A DNA stretch of 64,000 nucleotides from contig CM052832.1 of NCBI GenBank assembly GCA_028534125.1, positions 17,734,001 through 17,798,000 of the forward strand. The letters run 5' to 3'. Shown here one piece after another: positions 11,584-23,254 of the stretch. The translations under genes were made by a program, and so were the position numbers. The DNA comes from Lama glama. Its lineage: Eukaryota. The notes under the pieces were generated by a model. The model did not search any database and was not told where the DNA came from. It saw only the letters and a list, made by a program, of their open reading frames with translations. How positions within the stretch are numbered: position 1 is the stretch's first letter; every line of letters starts with the position of its first letter.

Positions 11584-13328
11584 CTAAAATAGTGATGAAA
11601 AAATAAAGTGGTAAATACCTGTTTGCTGAACTGGAAGAAAAGAAATATTTGAGGTACCCCCAAGATAGTTAAATGTTGGTACTTCATTTGGCCACTCTAA
11701 AACTGTGGCCTTTCAAATGAGAGGAGTAACGGACAAGGACAAAAAAGAAAGAAAAACTGGTAAAAGAAAGTAATGTATGCAGTGGTTGGCAGAGAGAGGA
11801 AACAGACATCTGAGGATGAGCAGATACAATAGAAAACATTAGGAAGAGGGTCATCACCTGCAAGAATGGAGGTGGGGGTGGGGAACAAAGAAAAGACAAA
11901 GAACTATGCAATGTGACTGAGAAGGATCTTGGGGAAGTTTAGGTCTATGATACATTTCTAGTCTTAGGTTCAGAGGCTGAAAGGGAGGCACCATCTCAAA
12001 GAAAGCAGATGAGGACACAGATGCACTGAGCAAAGTCAAGCTATAATGACTCTGACCTCAGAGGGAAAAACTCCCACCCGTCTATCCCTCCAATCCATCT
12101 TGGAAAGATGGATTTCATTTCTTCTTCATCCTCCATGGATAATCAAATTCTATCATCACTTTTTGCTAAATGTCCCCCATATACACCTCTTTCTTTACAT
12201 TTCTGTTACTATCTAACCTCACCACTTTCTGTTTAGATAACTGCAACAGCCTACTTGCTATTTTGACTCTGAGCTATTCTTCTTTTGAGTCATTCTAAAT
12301 ACCCTTACCAGACTAATTGCCATTAGCCCTGTCATCCTCTTACACCCTACTCAGAAACCTTTAATTTCTTCTAAAACACATCTGAACTCTTCCGATGGTT
12401 TCCAGGACTCGTTTATAATCTAGTCCTCACAATTCCTACCTTTTAGCTCATCAATCTATAGTGCGCTCATGACTCTGTATTATTCTGGTATCAGGCAGCC
12501 CCTCTTGGTTACAGGGTTTCTTTCATCTAGAATAAGCTAGAACAGGAAATTAGAAGATTAGGGGATTGGGCAGTGCTGGTCTTTGGGTGGGGGAAGTTTA
12601 CAATTTTAGATGGGGTGGATAGAAATGTTTCTAGAACAAACTTGAAAGCAGAATTTGGGTACTTAAAAAATTACTGTAATTCATTCTTGGGTTTATTTTT
12701 GGACTGTCCATACTTAAAGTGATACTGAGCCCATGAACTTTTTTCAAATGATGAGCTCTAGAACAGCAATGAGGATTCCATGGAGGTTGTTATCAGAAGT
12801 ATGGACAACTTTCTATAAAAACATTGAGAGAGCTTTGTAAGACCAAAAGTAAAATAAAAAAAGGCAACAATATGGGACTGGTTCTATGTGTCTGTTAATT
12901 ACACTCTATTTCTGAGTTTATCATCACATATTTGCCTTTTTGTCAGTCACTACATGTGCCTCTCTATTAATGTGTTTTGTTTCTGTGCATGTGTTTCTTC
13001 CCCTTTTGCTTTTTTTCTCAATCCCTGACATTTTCTCAACTCATTCATTTTCTTTCCTTTAATTTGCTCATAACATGAAAACATCCCACGTTTTGGAAAT
13101 ATTCTGGATAAAGAACAAATGAAAAAAATGGAGACATTCTGGATAAGATACAAAGTTACCTCTCTTCTTTTTTTTCAGTCGGCCAGTGACACATAGGAAA
13201 AAAATTCTCTACTTCTCATTAAGTAATAAAGGATAGGACCATCTACAGTTCCTAAGACTAGTGTGAGAAGGGAGGTTCACTGCCCCAGTTCTTCAGTGAC
13301 ATGAATTGCAGAGAATATGGCCCCTTAC

Positions 13329-13467
13329 CACAGTCCAATAGGAGCTGGGGTTCTGAAGAACCATGAAGGTCCTTGGTGTCCACTGGCTGGAACTGGACAC
13401 TAAGTGCTGGTCCAGGAGGTGCCACCTTTCTCCTGAATATTTCTTGTCCAGGTCCATGGACTGGAAC
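13329..13467 (-). CDS. ZNF165: ZNF165 second coding exon (139 nt)
   Basis: TTTTTCTCAG|GTTCCAGTC...GACTGTG|GTAAGG; encodes VPVHGPGQEIFRRKVAPPGPALSVQFQPVDTKDLHGSSEPQLLLDC; phases join both neighbouring exons. Confidence 0.93.
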
Positions 13468-13767
13468 CTGAGAAAAACAAAGTATATTTGGGCTTATGAG
13501 AGAATCCCTGTTGGAATGAAGCATCTTCCAAAAACAAACTGAAACTCCTGTAGTAATACAAAACTGGGGAAGGAAGAATTAAGTCTGACTCAGTTGTAAA
13601 ATACAGTAGAGTACCAAACTATATGAAAGGAGGAAAGGAGACATAAAAGCACACTGAACTAAGAACTCCCACAGATCTCACTAGATATTCAGTCTCAGGC
13701 CCTTTTTTCCTCCCTTTGTGGCACTTCATCCACCCTGGAGGTCTTAGATCTCCCATCCGCTTTGTAC

Positions 13768-14178
13768 CTGGAGTACTGCTTCATCAGTGCCTCTCTCTAA
13801 ATCTTCCAGTATGGACACTGCCTCCTCTCCACTCTCTGGGTAATGTTCACGCACCCAAGTCTGCAGATCCCCAGGCAGGATGGTCAGGAACTGCTCCAGC
13901 ACCAGCAGCTCCAGGATCTGCTCCTTGGTGTGGGTTTCTGGCTTCAGCCACTGACAGCAGAGCTCCCGGAGCCGGCTCAGTGCCTCGCGGGGCCCCGGGG
14001 AATCCTGGTAGCAGAACTGCCTGAACAGCTGCCGGCAGAGCTCCTGCCTGAGGGGATCACTTCTCTGTAAGCAAGTGTCCTGACTCCAGACAAAATCTTC
14101 CTCTTCTATCTTCACTATGAGAAGTCCTTCATCCTCCTGCAGGTCCTGAGCTGCAGCTTTCTTTGGCTCTGTTGTCAT
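13768..14178 (-). CDS. ZNF165: ZNF165 first coding exon: SCAN domain
   Basis: [11 protein letters not shown]...[34 protein letters not shown]...[13 protein letters not shown], donor CAG|GTACAA. The exon acceptor TTTATCCCTCAG| puts the exon start at 14250. Confidence 0.95.
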
Positions 14179-14366
14179 TTTGAGATAAAATCTATTATCT
14201 GAACCCTGCTTCTGTTTTGTGAAGGGCCTTTTTCAGTTTCAAGAACTTTCCTGAGGGATAAAAAAAAATACTATTACTGTCTAGGAAGATGAAAGATCAT
14301 ATAAAAATAGTCATTCTCCATTATACAAAGATTTGCTGGGCATTTACTCTGTGTAAAAGCACTGAA

Positions 14367-14455
14367 GGCAGACGGGTATAGCTCAGTGGCAGAGCATAAG
14401 ATCAGCATGCATGAGGTCCTGGGTTCAATCCCCAGTACCTTCATAAAAAAGAAAA
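14367..14455 (+). mobile_element. Short tRNA-Ala-derived SINE / retroposed tRNA in ZNF165 intron 1
   Basis: GGGTATAGCTCAGTGGCAGAGC...AGGTCCTGGGTTCAATCCCCAGTACCT followed directly by an A tail; 12-bp TSD AAAAGCACTGAA at 14355-14366 and 14456-14467. Confidence 0.85.
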
Positions 14456-16002
14456 AAAAGCACTGAAATACCTGCTTTGTGGGGCACAACTGTTACATAA
14501 TTTCTACCTAAAATCAGCTTAAAATTTTATTTTAAAAATAAGATAATTTAAATTACAAACATTAAAGATAAGACAATATAAGTATAAGGCAATACTAAAA
14601 GTTAACTTGTTACATGCAATTAAGTTCTATGGTAGCCATAAAGAAAATCACAACCAAAAGAGAAAAATGACAGAAGTGCTTCATAAAGCCGGAGATGAAA
14701 GAGAGTATAGTAGGTTGCAATGGTAAGGAAAAGCTTAATTAAAAAAACTAACTTCTGACAAATGGATAGGATTTGACTAGGATGTGGGAGAGAGAGAATT
14801 AAGAAATTACAAGCAAGGAAACTGCTTGAGCAAGTGGTTAACGGTAGGAACACTGAAGCCAGGAAGCAAAAAGAGAGTAGGTTTGTATAAGGAAATTATA
14901 GAGACACAGGCCTTATTGAAGAAAGCCTTGAATGTCAGGTTCATGAATTCAGTCTATCTTTTAGGCACTGGGTAGCCAGTGAAAGCTTTTGAGCAGAATG
15001 ACCTGACAAACTGCTTGTGCAGACTAAAAATTGTTCATTTCTAGGATGGATCACAATATGAAAAGATAGAAACTTACAGAAGCTACTATATTTTATAAGT
15101 GTGGGGAAAATACAAAGTTAGAATGTTAGGATTACATATAAATCTCTGAAATAATAAAATAGGGCAACTTTTCTTGAGAGCCATAGGTTAACAATTTCAG
15201 TCAGTGTAACTAGCTTCATCCCCGAAAGTCTGAGAGAGGTTTCCTTTTGCCCTAACAGTTCCTTCTCTGCCTTCCTAGTTACACGGCTCAATCCATGTCC
15301 TGAACATTGAGGCCTATCATATCACCAATAAAGTATAACAAACCAGCACTGAGATTTGCTTATCAGTCTTCTATGAGTCTTATTATTAGATAACAGTTCC
15401 GCAAGTCTTACCAGCTCTTGAGAATGGTCAGTCTGGGGTCTGAACTGAAAAACTGAAAAAAGGAATTTAGAGGTGAAGCCCTAGGGTACAATAGCAAAAT
15501 GCAAGTATCAGTATCAATCTTTCAGGTCCTTCTACTAAACATTTCAGCAAGCTGACTACTGACGGTTGCACAGACATGTACTTTATCAAGAATCTTAACA
15601 CAAGCAAAGTACTGGGCTAGAAGTTATATAGCAGTTGTTCCTAAGAAAATGAATTCAGAGATGGGCTTACTGCCTAATCATCATGTGGGAACCTTTTAGA
15701 AACAGATTCCTTGGCCTTGACCCTGGAGACGCTGACTCAGGTAGTGGGGTACACTGGATTTTCTGTATTCTGATGGACAGATAAAAGGAATTTAAAAAAT
15801 AGTTTGAGGTTGCAAGGAGTTTGCAAAATGGTTGGAAAGAAACGACATAAAACACACATGGATGCAAAACATTTAAATAACAAAATCTGTTTCACATGAC
15901 ACACACATTGAAAATGTTTGATAAATGTTGAAAGCTGAAGTACTAAACAAATTGTATGGTAGAGACATTGAGTATCTTAAGGTATCTGGGGTAAGGAGAG
16001 AA

Positions 16003-16036
16003 TGTGTATGTGTGTGTGTGTCTGTGTGTGTGTGTG
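16003..16036. repeat. Imperfect (TG)n microsatellite
   Basis: TGTGTATGTGTGTGTGTGTCTGTGTGTGTGTGTG. Confidence 0.9.
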
Positions 16037-17619
16037 CCTGTATGTGCAAATATTTCCTACAGGTGGTGGGGACAATAAAGGATGAGAAAGATCCAGAAAG
16101 ACAAATAAGAAGGGACAGCAAAGAGTTGAGGAAGTAGGAATGAAGAACAGATTGATGGTAAAATCAGCTTGCAGGGTATAACTGCAGTGACTAAGAATTT
16201 TACTCTCTGATAAGGAATTCATCAGCTCTACTCAAGAGTTCCTGCAGTTCCCAACATACAATGTTTGTGGATACAACATTTATCATCTTGTATTATTCTT
16301 ATTTGCTTGGCTTTTATTCCTCCATCAATTGACAGGGGATCCATGAGGTTAAGGACCATGCATTGTTAATATTTATTACTAAGTTCTCACATTTGTTGAA
16401 TTACTGGATCAAAGTGGAAACTAGGAAATTTCGAGATGCTTTGTGTTTTGGGTATTTTCTATTTAAGATGGTAATGAGACATCCACTTAGAAAAACATTT
16501 CCAACAGATATTAAGAGATTGATGGAAAGGAGCTAGGAATGGAAATATAGATTCAGATGGAATCCATGGAAAGGGCAGTTGAAGATAAATATTTGGAATA
16601 ATTCTCTAAGAGTATGAGATGAAGATCACAGGTTCAGACTGAACCTTGGAAAACAGTTTGAGTGGGTATATGTAAGAACAAAATTTAGCAATGATAGAGG
16701 GGTAAATGGGGGGTTAGAGCTATGGTATATTGGTCTCAGTCCTTCATAATTTACTGGGACATTCGTTAGCTATAGAGATCTAATTTCACTTCTTGTTATG
16801 TTTCCTAGATGTGCTAAGTGCTTACCAGGTAGTGTCCTAATACTTTATGGATATTATCTCATTTAGCACAGGAAGATGGACAGTGGAGCAGGCTTATAGA
16901 ATCCACAGTTCCTAGTTTCAACTTTAATTATCATGCTAAGTAGCTGGTTCTACAACATATGTTATCTCCCCAGATAGCTTAAAGTGCTGCCTCTAGGTGT
17001 TCCATCACTTCCCATCCACCTAAAACTGTCCACAATTCTAGATAAAATTATCTAATTCTTAAGGACTTGATATATCCTCCCTAAAGCTGGGTTTCAAATG
17101 TCTTAGTAACCTTAACCTAATAAACAGTTATTGAACATCTGGTGCCTTACAATCACTAAGTTTGAGGAGAGCTACAAAAATAGCTAAGCAGATACTTAAA
17201 CAAATGCTATTAGAACAGAGAGTAAAGAGTAATTAGTTATGTTGGGGAAGGTGGAGATTCTGTAAAGTGCGGGGTTCCTATTGGATGAGTAGTTTCCTGG
17301 TGTGTATGCTGCGGTAGGAGGACAGGGGAAGGGTTTTGCTGGTGAAGGGATGGGAGCTAGGGGAAAGCCAGCACAGGTCACAGAGCAGAGCAGGGGACTT
17401 GAAGTGCTTGATGGGGGAGGCTCCCACAGCGCCTGTGTTTCTCACACTGAGGAACTTTCCAGGCTTACGACTGCCTGCTTTACTGTCTTGTTTCTTATTC
17501 TAGAAAGAGGGTAGGGGCTCAGTGTTGGTTTCATGGCATCCCGGATACACAGGCAATACTCACTAAATATTTGCTCTATGTGTAAATTTCACGAGGATGC
17601 CAGAGCTGTCCCCACTTTT

Positions 17620-18420
17620 CCTACAAAATGTCGGGTTACTCCTCCCACGAGAAGCAAGCCTCGGGGGCGGACCCCAGGGCAGTTTCTTCTGGTAGAGAGC
17701 ATCTGATCCTAGACAGACGCCAGTTTCTCTCGCCCCGCCCGACTGGGACCAGTCACTCCTCTTACCAGCGATCCCAGAATCTCTGCAAGCTGACGGCCCG
17801 CGGCCCCCCCAAACCACGCCCTCTCAGCGCTCAACGATGACGTCACGCGCGGCGGGGGTAACTATGGAAACCCCTATCAACCCCTATCTCTCCACGAAAT
17901 AGGCGGGCGCGAACGCTCTCCCAACGCCAAACCTAGTTCCACCTTCCCTTGGGATTCCTCTGAGGTCCCGCGTCCAGAGCGCCACAGAGCTGCTGAAATC
18001 CCAAGGGGAACATGATAGGGACTGGGTATCTGGAGGGGACAAAGGGCCGGACTCCTGGGTCCCCAGAACCGGACTCACCTCTCCCACAGGGCTGGTTTCG
18101 ATCGGACACTTCCGGTGGAAGGACGACGCTGCACGACCTCTCAAGGCTTCCTTCCTCAGAGACTTTTGAGGCTGCGCAGAAGGAGACGGGCTGGCTTTGG
18201 ACTGCGATTCCCGGAAGCCTTCGGGGTCTCCTCAGGCGCTCGGACTTCATTTCCCAGGCGTCTTCGCCACCGTCTTGCAGTTCTCAGAGCTGGAAGGAGG
18301 AGGCGTCTTGTCTCCCGTTTGTAGTAGTAAACTTGCTCTTCTACTCCTATGGGGCCTCGTCCTTGACTTCAGTCTAGGGCAGTGAAATGAAAGCCCACGC
18401 AGCAGGGACGCAGCTCCAAC
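17620..18420 (-). promoter_or_regulatory. ZNF165: CpG-island promoter and non-coding first exon(s) of ZNF165
   Basis: Only clearly CpG-rich stretch in the window. Donor GAG|GTGAGT (exon end 18079), ETS site ACTTCCGG 18108-18115, ZNF143-like motifs at 18201-18219 and 18244-18262, CRE TGACGTCA 17838-17845. Confidence 0.85.
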
Positions 18421-19089
18421 TTCACCTTTGGGTTTCTAGGAAGATTTTTTTTCCTGAACTCTTAATTTATCCCCCAACCCGGATGGAACGCAGATGTACC
18501 TAACTGGATTAATCATAACGCCTGGCTCAAGAAGTCTGTGCATGATCCTAAAGTGTCTCTAAGAACTAGAACATTGACAACTTTACTGCAGCTCTTTCTC
18601 TTGTCTCTCTCCATACCTCCTGTAATCTGAGGTAATTACAAGTTTTGTGTTCCCTTATTAATTAAAAAGATAGTTCTGTTTGATACACACTATGGCTAAC
18701 CAATATATGCTCTTAATTTTAGTTGTTTTTAGTCTAAAAGGCATCATATCATAGGTAATCTGATATTTGCTTCTTTACACTCAACAGTATGTTACTGAAA
18801 ATTATCCGTATTGTTTAGTTAAAATGTTCATTACTATATAATATTCCAGTGAATATAGCATTGTGTTCATCCATTCTTCTAAAGATGGACTGATCCTCTG
18901 TTACGTCTCTTCTGGATTACTGACAACCTCGTAAGTGAGCCCTGTGCTTCTTTCTACCTGTCTGTCACAGTCCTTTCTCAGTAGAGCAGCCAGAGTGATA
19001 ACTGTTTTTGTTTTTTAAATCAGAGTACCAATCCCGCCCCACTTCCAACCATGTGGACATTCTACTATCATGTCTTATTTATTATTAAA

Positions 19090-20020
19090 CATTTTAAAAT
19101 TTAGATATAATTGATGTACAATATTATATGTTTCAGGTGGATCATAGGCAACTCTATTTTTAGTTTTTAAAGAACCTCCATATTGTTTTTCATGGTGGCT
19201 GCAACAATTGGCGTTGCCACCAACAGTGTAGGAGGGTTCCATTTTCTCCACACCCTCACCATCATTTGTTATTTGTACACTTTTTAATGATGGCCATTCT
19301 AACTGGCGTGAGGTGATACCTCATTGTGGTTTTGATTTGCATTTCTCTGATAATTAGTGATGTTGAGCATCTTTTCATGTGCCTACTGGTCAGTCTGTAT
19401 ATCTTCTTTGGAGAAGTGTCTATTTATGTCTTCTGCCCATTTTTGGATTGGGTTGTTTGTTTTGTTATCCAGTTGTATGAGCTGTCTGTACATTCTGAAA
19501 ATTAAGTCCTTGTCAGCCACATCAATTGCAAATATTTTCTCCCATTTTATAGATTGTCTTTTTGTTTTGTTTATGGTTTCCTTTGCTGTGCCAAAGCTTG
19601 TAAGTTTGATTAGGTCTCATTTGTTTTTGCTTTTATTTCTGTGGCCTTTGGAGACTGACCTAAGAAAACATCTCTATGATTAAATCAGAGAATGTTTTGC
19701 CTGTGTTCTCTCCTAGCAGTTCTGTGGTGTCGTGTCTTATATTTAAGTCTTTAAGCCATTTTTGATTTATGTTTGTGTACATTGAGAGGGAGCGTTCTAA
19801 TTTCATTGATTTACACGCGGATGTCTAGCTTTGCCAGCACCACTTGCTGAAGAGACTGTCTTTTCTCCATTGTATATTTTTGCCTCTGCTGTCAAAGATT
19901 AATTGACCGTGGGTGTGTGGATTTATTTCTGGGCTCTCTGTTCTGTTCTATTCATCCATATGTCTGTTTTTGTGCCAATATCACACTGCTTTGATTACTG
20001 TAGTATTGTCTGAAGTCTGA
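19090..20020 (-). mobile_element. LINE-1 ORF2 3' region, reverse orientation
   Basis: Classic antisense L1 text (CCATTCTAACTGGCGTGAGGTGATACCTCATTGTGGTTTTGATTTGC...CAGCACCACTTGCTGAAGAGACTGTC). Confidence 0.9.
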
Positions 20021-20119
20021 TTTCAAGTGGTAGAATATGTTTTCTGTTTCTGAATATGTTTTTTTTTTAGTTTTATTAAATTATTTTCAAAGAATGTTTT
20101 CGTAACTATTTCGTCACAG

Positions 20120-20421
20120 GTGGTGTCACACGCTGGCTTCCAAGAGAAGCATTCTGTAAAGCACATATTAGCATGCAGGAAATTTATAGGTAGTGATTTT
20201 GGGATTAACACCTGTGAGGGATTGAAGGCAGTAGCATTGGGCAGAAGAAGTTGGGCTGTGATGCAATTACAACAAAAGTCTCTGCTCTTCCCATGGAACA
20301 AAGATAACCCTTCAGAGTTGTCCTGAATTGGGTTGAGGGGGTAAGGTCTTTAAAGCACTTCAAGAGACTAGTCATTGGATGCAGCTTGCCCTTAGGCAGC
20401 CCTTGGACCAGGCTGTTTTGC

Positions 20422-20453
<32 letters not shown>

Positions 20454-20590
20454 GGTTTTTTTGCTTTTTCAGTTGAGGGCAATTTCTGACAGTACCGTTA
20501 GAAAGGGTTATCAGCTGGCAACAACTGAGAGAGTAAGTCTGTCATTCTGGAAAGGGGATCAGGGAAGCATAGCATGGTGTTCAGTACAGG
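20120..20590 (-). mobile_element. ERVL-class LTR remnant containing a (GTT)n tract
   Basis: TTAGCATGCAGGAAATTTATAGG...TTGGGATTAACACCTGTG...GTAGCATTGGGCAGA resembles old ERVL LTRs; (GTT)n at ~20422-20452. Confidence 0.5.
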
Positions 20591-21915
20591 GGAAAACTGG
20601 AGGTATTCTCTTTCTCAGTCGTCTTTGTACTTAGGGCAAGAACATATTGTCCGTGTTTGACCAATCAGATACAGCCTCTCTGCAACTTGGATCAAAGATA
20701 AGTAAAACCAAAACTAGAGGCAGTGGAAAAATCTCTCTGATGGTGGTGGCAGTGGCAGAAATGGCCAGTTCTTGGGTCAGCAGTGGCAGCAGGCTAGTGA
20801 TGGCATCTAGTGTCTCTGGCACACAGCATTAATGGATCAAACCGTAGCATCCAGTGTTTAATGACAGTGACTTTAAGTCATAGGATGGTTATGTATGTTG
20901 TTTTTGCAATGGTCTGGTTATGAGCATCTGAGCCTGCTTCTCCAGCCATTTCAGAAACTTTGTGAAAGGTTCAGTACTCCTTCATTAAATTTTATTTCTG
21001 CTTAATTGAGAAGAATTGATTTCTGTTTCTTTGCAATTAAGATATCTGGTGCATACAAAGATCTTTCAAGAGATAGGGAATTGTGGACAGATTGGTTCAT
21101 TTTTGCTCTTGCTTCTCTTTTTGCATCCAGTGTTTTTTATACCGGTCCTTACATGCTCCAACAAATTTTTCTGATCTCTCTTTCATCAGAGAAGAGTAAA
21201 AACCACAAGGGTAATTTTTAGAAGATCTTCTCATCGTAAATAAACAAATAAACACATATTTATGGCAGGATGTCTTAAAAAATCTCTCTATATTTAATCT
21301 CTTTCTTTTTATCTTTATTTCTGTGTATCAGTTATCACATCACATAAAAATGATTGAGCTTTTTTTTTTTAAAACCAGCTTTGAAGAGATTTTTGGGGAT
21401 GGTATGACTTAAAGTATGGGACATATGGTATATGGAAAAACGCACTTTACAGGGCTCTGGGGGACATTGTGGACACAGGAAACAATCTGTTAAATCAGGT
21501 ATGATTTTCAAATCAGAAGTCACAAAGGCTTTCCATTGCTAGTGGGGTCTACTTCTCATATAGGCAACTCTTTGCATGTTCCAGGGTAAATGACACAGAT
21601 TTTTAAAATTTAAAATGACGATTAATAGCCTCCCAGGCAGTTCTTTGTAGACTATCACAAAGATACATAGATATATACATAGACAATAGATATAAATCCT
21701 GCTTTTTACACAAGAGAATAAAGACAGATTATAGGAAATGCATACAATATAGTCATAAAACATGAACAAATATAAAACATTGGGGTGAGAAATAATCCAT
21801 CCCTCTTTCTCACCAATCCCTAATATGGACCCTTTACCACATTAAGATTAATGTATTCAATGCATTTACTCATACATACCATGGTCCTTCTTACCTACAA
21901 ATCTTCCTCACGTAT

Positions 21916-22053
21916 TGGTTTTGTTTTGTTTTCTCTTTTTGTGGGGGAAGGTAATCAGGTTTATTTATATATTTATTTTTAGATGAGGTACTAGGGATTG
22001 AACCGAGGACCTCATGCATGCTAAGCGTGCCCTCTACCACTTGAGCTATACCT
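21916..22053 (-). mobile_element. tRNA-Ala-derived SINE (camelid vic-1-like)
   Basis: Minus strand reads GGTATAGCTCAAGTGGTAGAGGGCACGCTTAGCATGCATGAGGTCCTCGGTTCAATCCCTAGTACCTC + tail; candidate TSD CTTCCTCAC(G/A)TAT at 21903-21915 and 22052-22064. Confidence 0.85.
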
Positions 22054-22369
22054 TCCTCACATATCTTGAATATTCTTATCATTCCTATGTAACTACCTCT
22101 GGCCAAGACCCAGATTACAGTGCTGTTTTCCCCCTGAAGCTTTTCTTAACCTCTTAAGCCTTTAACAATATCTTCTTTTTTTGACCTCACATTGCAGTTA
22201 TGGTTTGAATCTTTCATTACATAGCAGTTTTATTCTCTGCTGTTTTTCATGCATGAGAATGTGGCTACCTATTCCTGTCCATTCTGGGACAGTCCTTTTA
22301 AATAAATAATAAATAATAAAAGGGAAATAAATAGCAAATAATGAAGAGAATTATTATGCTCTCCCATGC

Positions 22370-22869
22370 NNNNNNNNNNNNNNNNNNNNNNNNNNNNNNN
22401 NNNNNNNNNNNNNNNNNNNNNNNNNNNNNNNNNNNNNNNNNNNNNNNNNNNNNNNNNNNNNNNNNNNNNNNNNNNNNNNNNNNNNNNNNNNNNNNNNNNN
22501 NNNNNNNNNNNNNNNNNNNNNNNNNNNNNNNNNNNNNNNNNNNNNNNNNNNNNNNNNNNNNNNNNNNNNNNNNNNNNNNNNNNNNNNNNNNNNNNNNNNN
22601 NNNNNNNNNNNNNNNNNNNNNNNNNNNNNNNNNNNNNNNNNNNNNNNNNNNNNNNNNNNNNNNNNNNNNNNNNNNNNNNNNNNNNNNNNNNNNNNNNNNN
22701 NNNNNNNNNNNNNNNNNNNNNNNNNNNNNNNNNNNNNNNNNNNNNNNNNNNNNNNNNNNNNNNNNNNNNNNNNNNNNNNNNNNNNNNNNNNNNNNNNNNN
22801 NNNNNNNNNNNNNNNNNNNNNNNNNNNNNNNNNNNNNNNNNNNNNNNNNNNNNNNNNNNNNNNNNNNNN
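22370..22869. other. Assembly gap (500 N)
   Basis: Run of exactly 500 N. Confidence 1.
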
Positions 22870-23168
22870 TCATATTCTCCTATGTTCAGATTGCCAGGGC
22901 AATCTTAAGAATAAAGTCTGCTGTAGGGCAGAGAAAAGCATTTGGGACATGTGGATCCCACCTGACCGTGGTCTCCCTGTTCTATGGCACAGCCATCTAT
23001 GCTTATGCCCAGCCCAGGAACAACTACTCCCAGGATCAGGGCAAGGTCATAGCTCTCTTCTACACCATCGTTTCCCCCATGATCAACCCCCTGATATACA
23101 CACTGCGGAACAAGGATGTGAAGGCAGCAATGAAGAAGGTGCTGTGGAAGGACTGTGACTCCAGATGA
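22870..23168 (+). CDS. OR2B8: Olfactory receptor family 2B (OR2B8/OR2B7-like), 3' third only; 5' part lost in gap
   Basis: [45 protein letters not shown]...[16 protein letters not shown]...[11 protein letters not shown]; the C-terminus matches recalled OR2B8. Intactness cannot be judged. Confidence 0.75.
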
Positions 23169-23254
23169 TGGTGGGTGGAAGACAGGATGTAATGGGAGCA
23201 ATGAAGAAAGTGCTTTGGAAGGACTCTGACTCTGGATGATGGTGGATGGAAGAC
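23113..23254 (+). repeat. 71-bp tandem duplication spanning the OR stop codon
   Basis: Units 23113-23183 and 23184-23254 (AGGATGT...GCAATGAAGAA.GTGCT.TGGAAGGACT.TGACTC..GATGATGGTGG.TGGAAGAC), plus a short third remnant. Confidence 0.92.

Noticed and set aside
17563..18385. Several overlapping ORFs on both strands
   Set aside because: Expected stop-codon depletion in a CpG island; no recognisable domains.
22298..22908. Long ORFs spanning the N run
   Set aside because: Artefacts of translating N.
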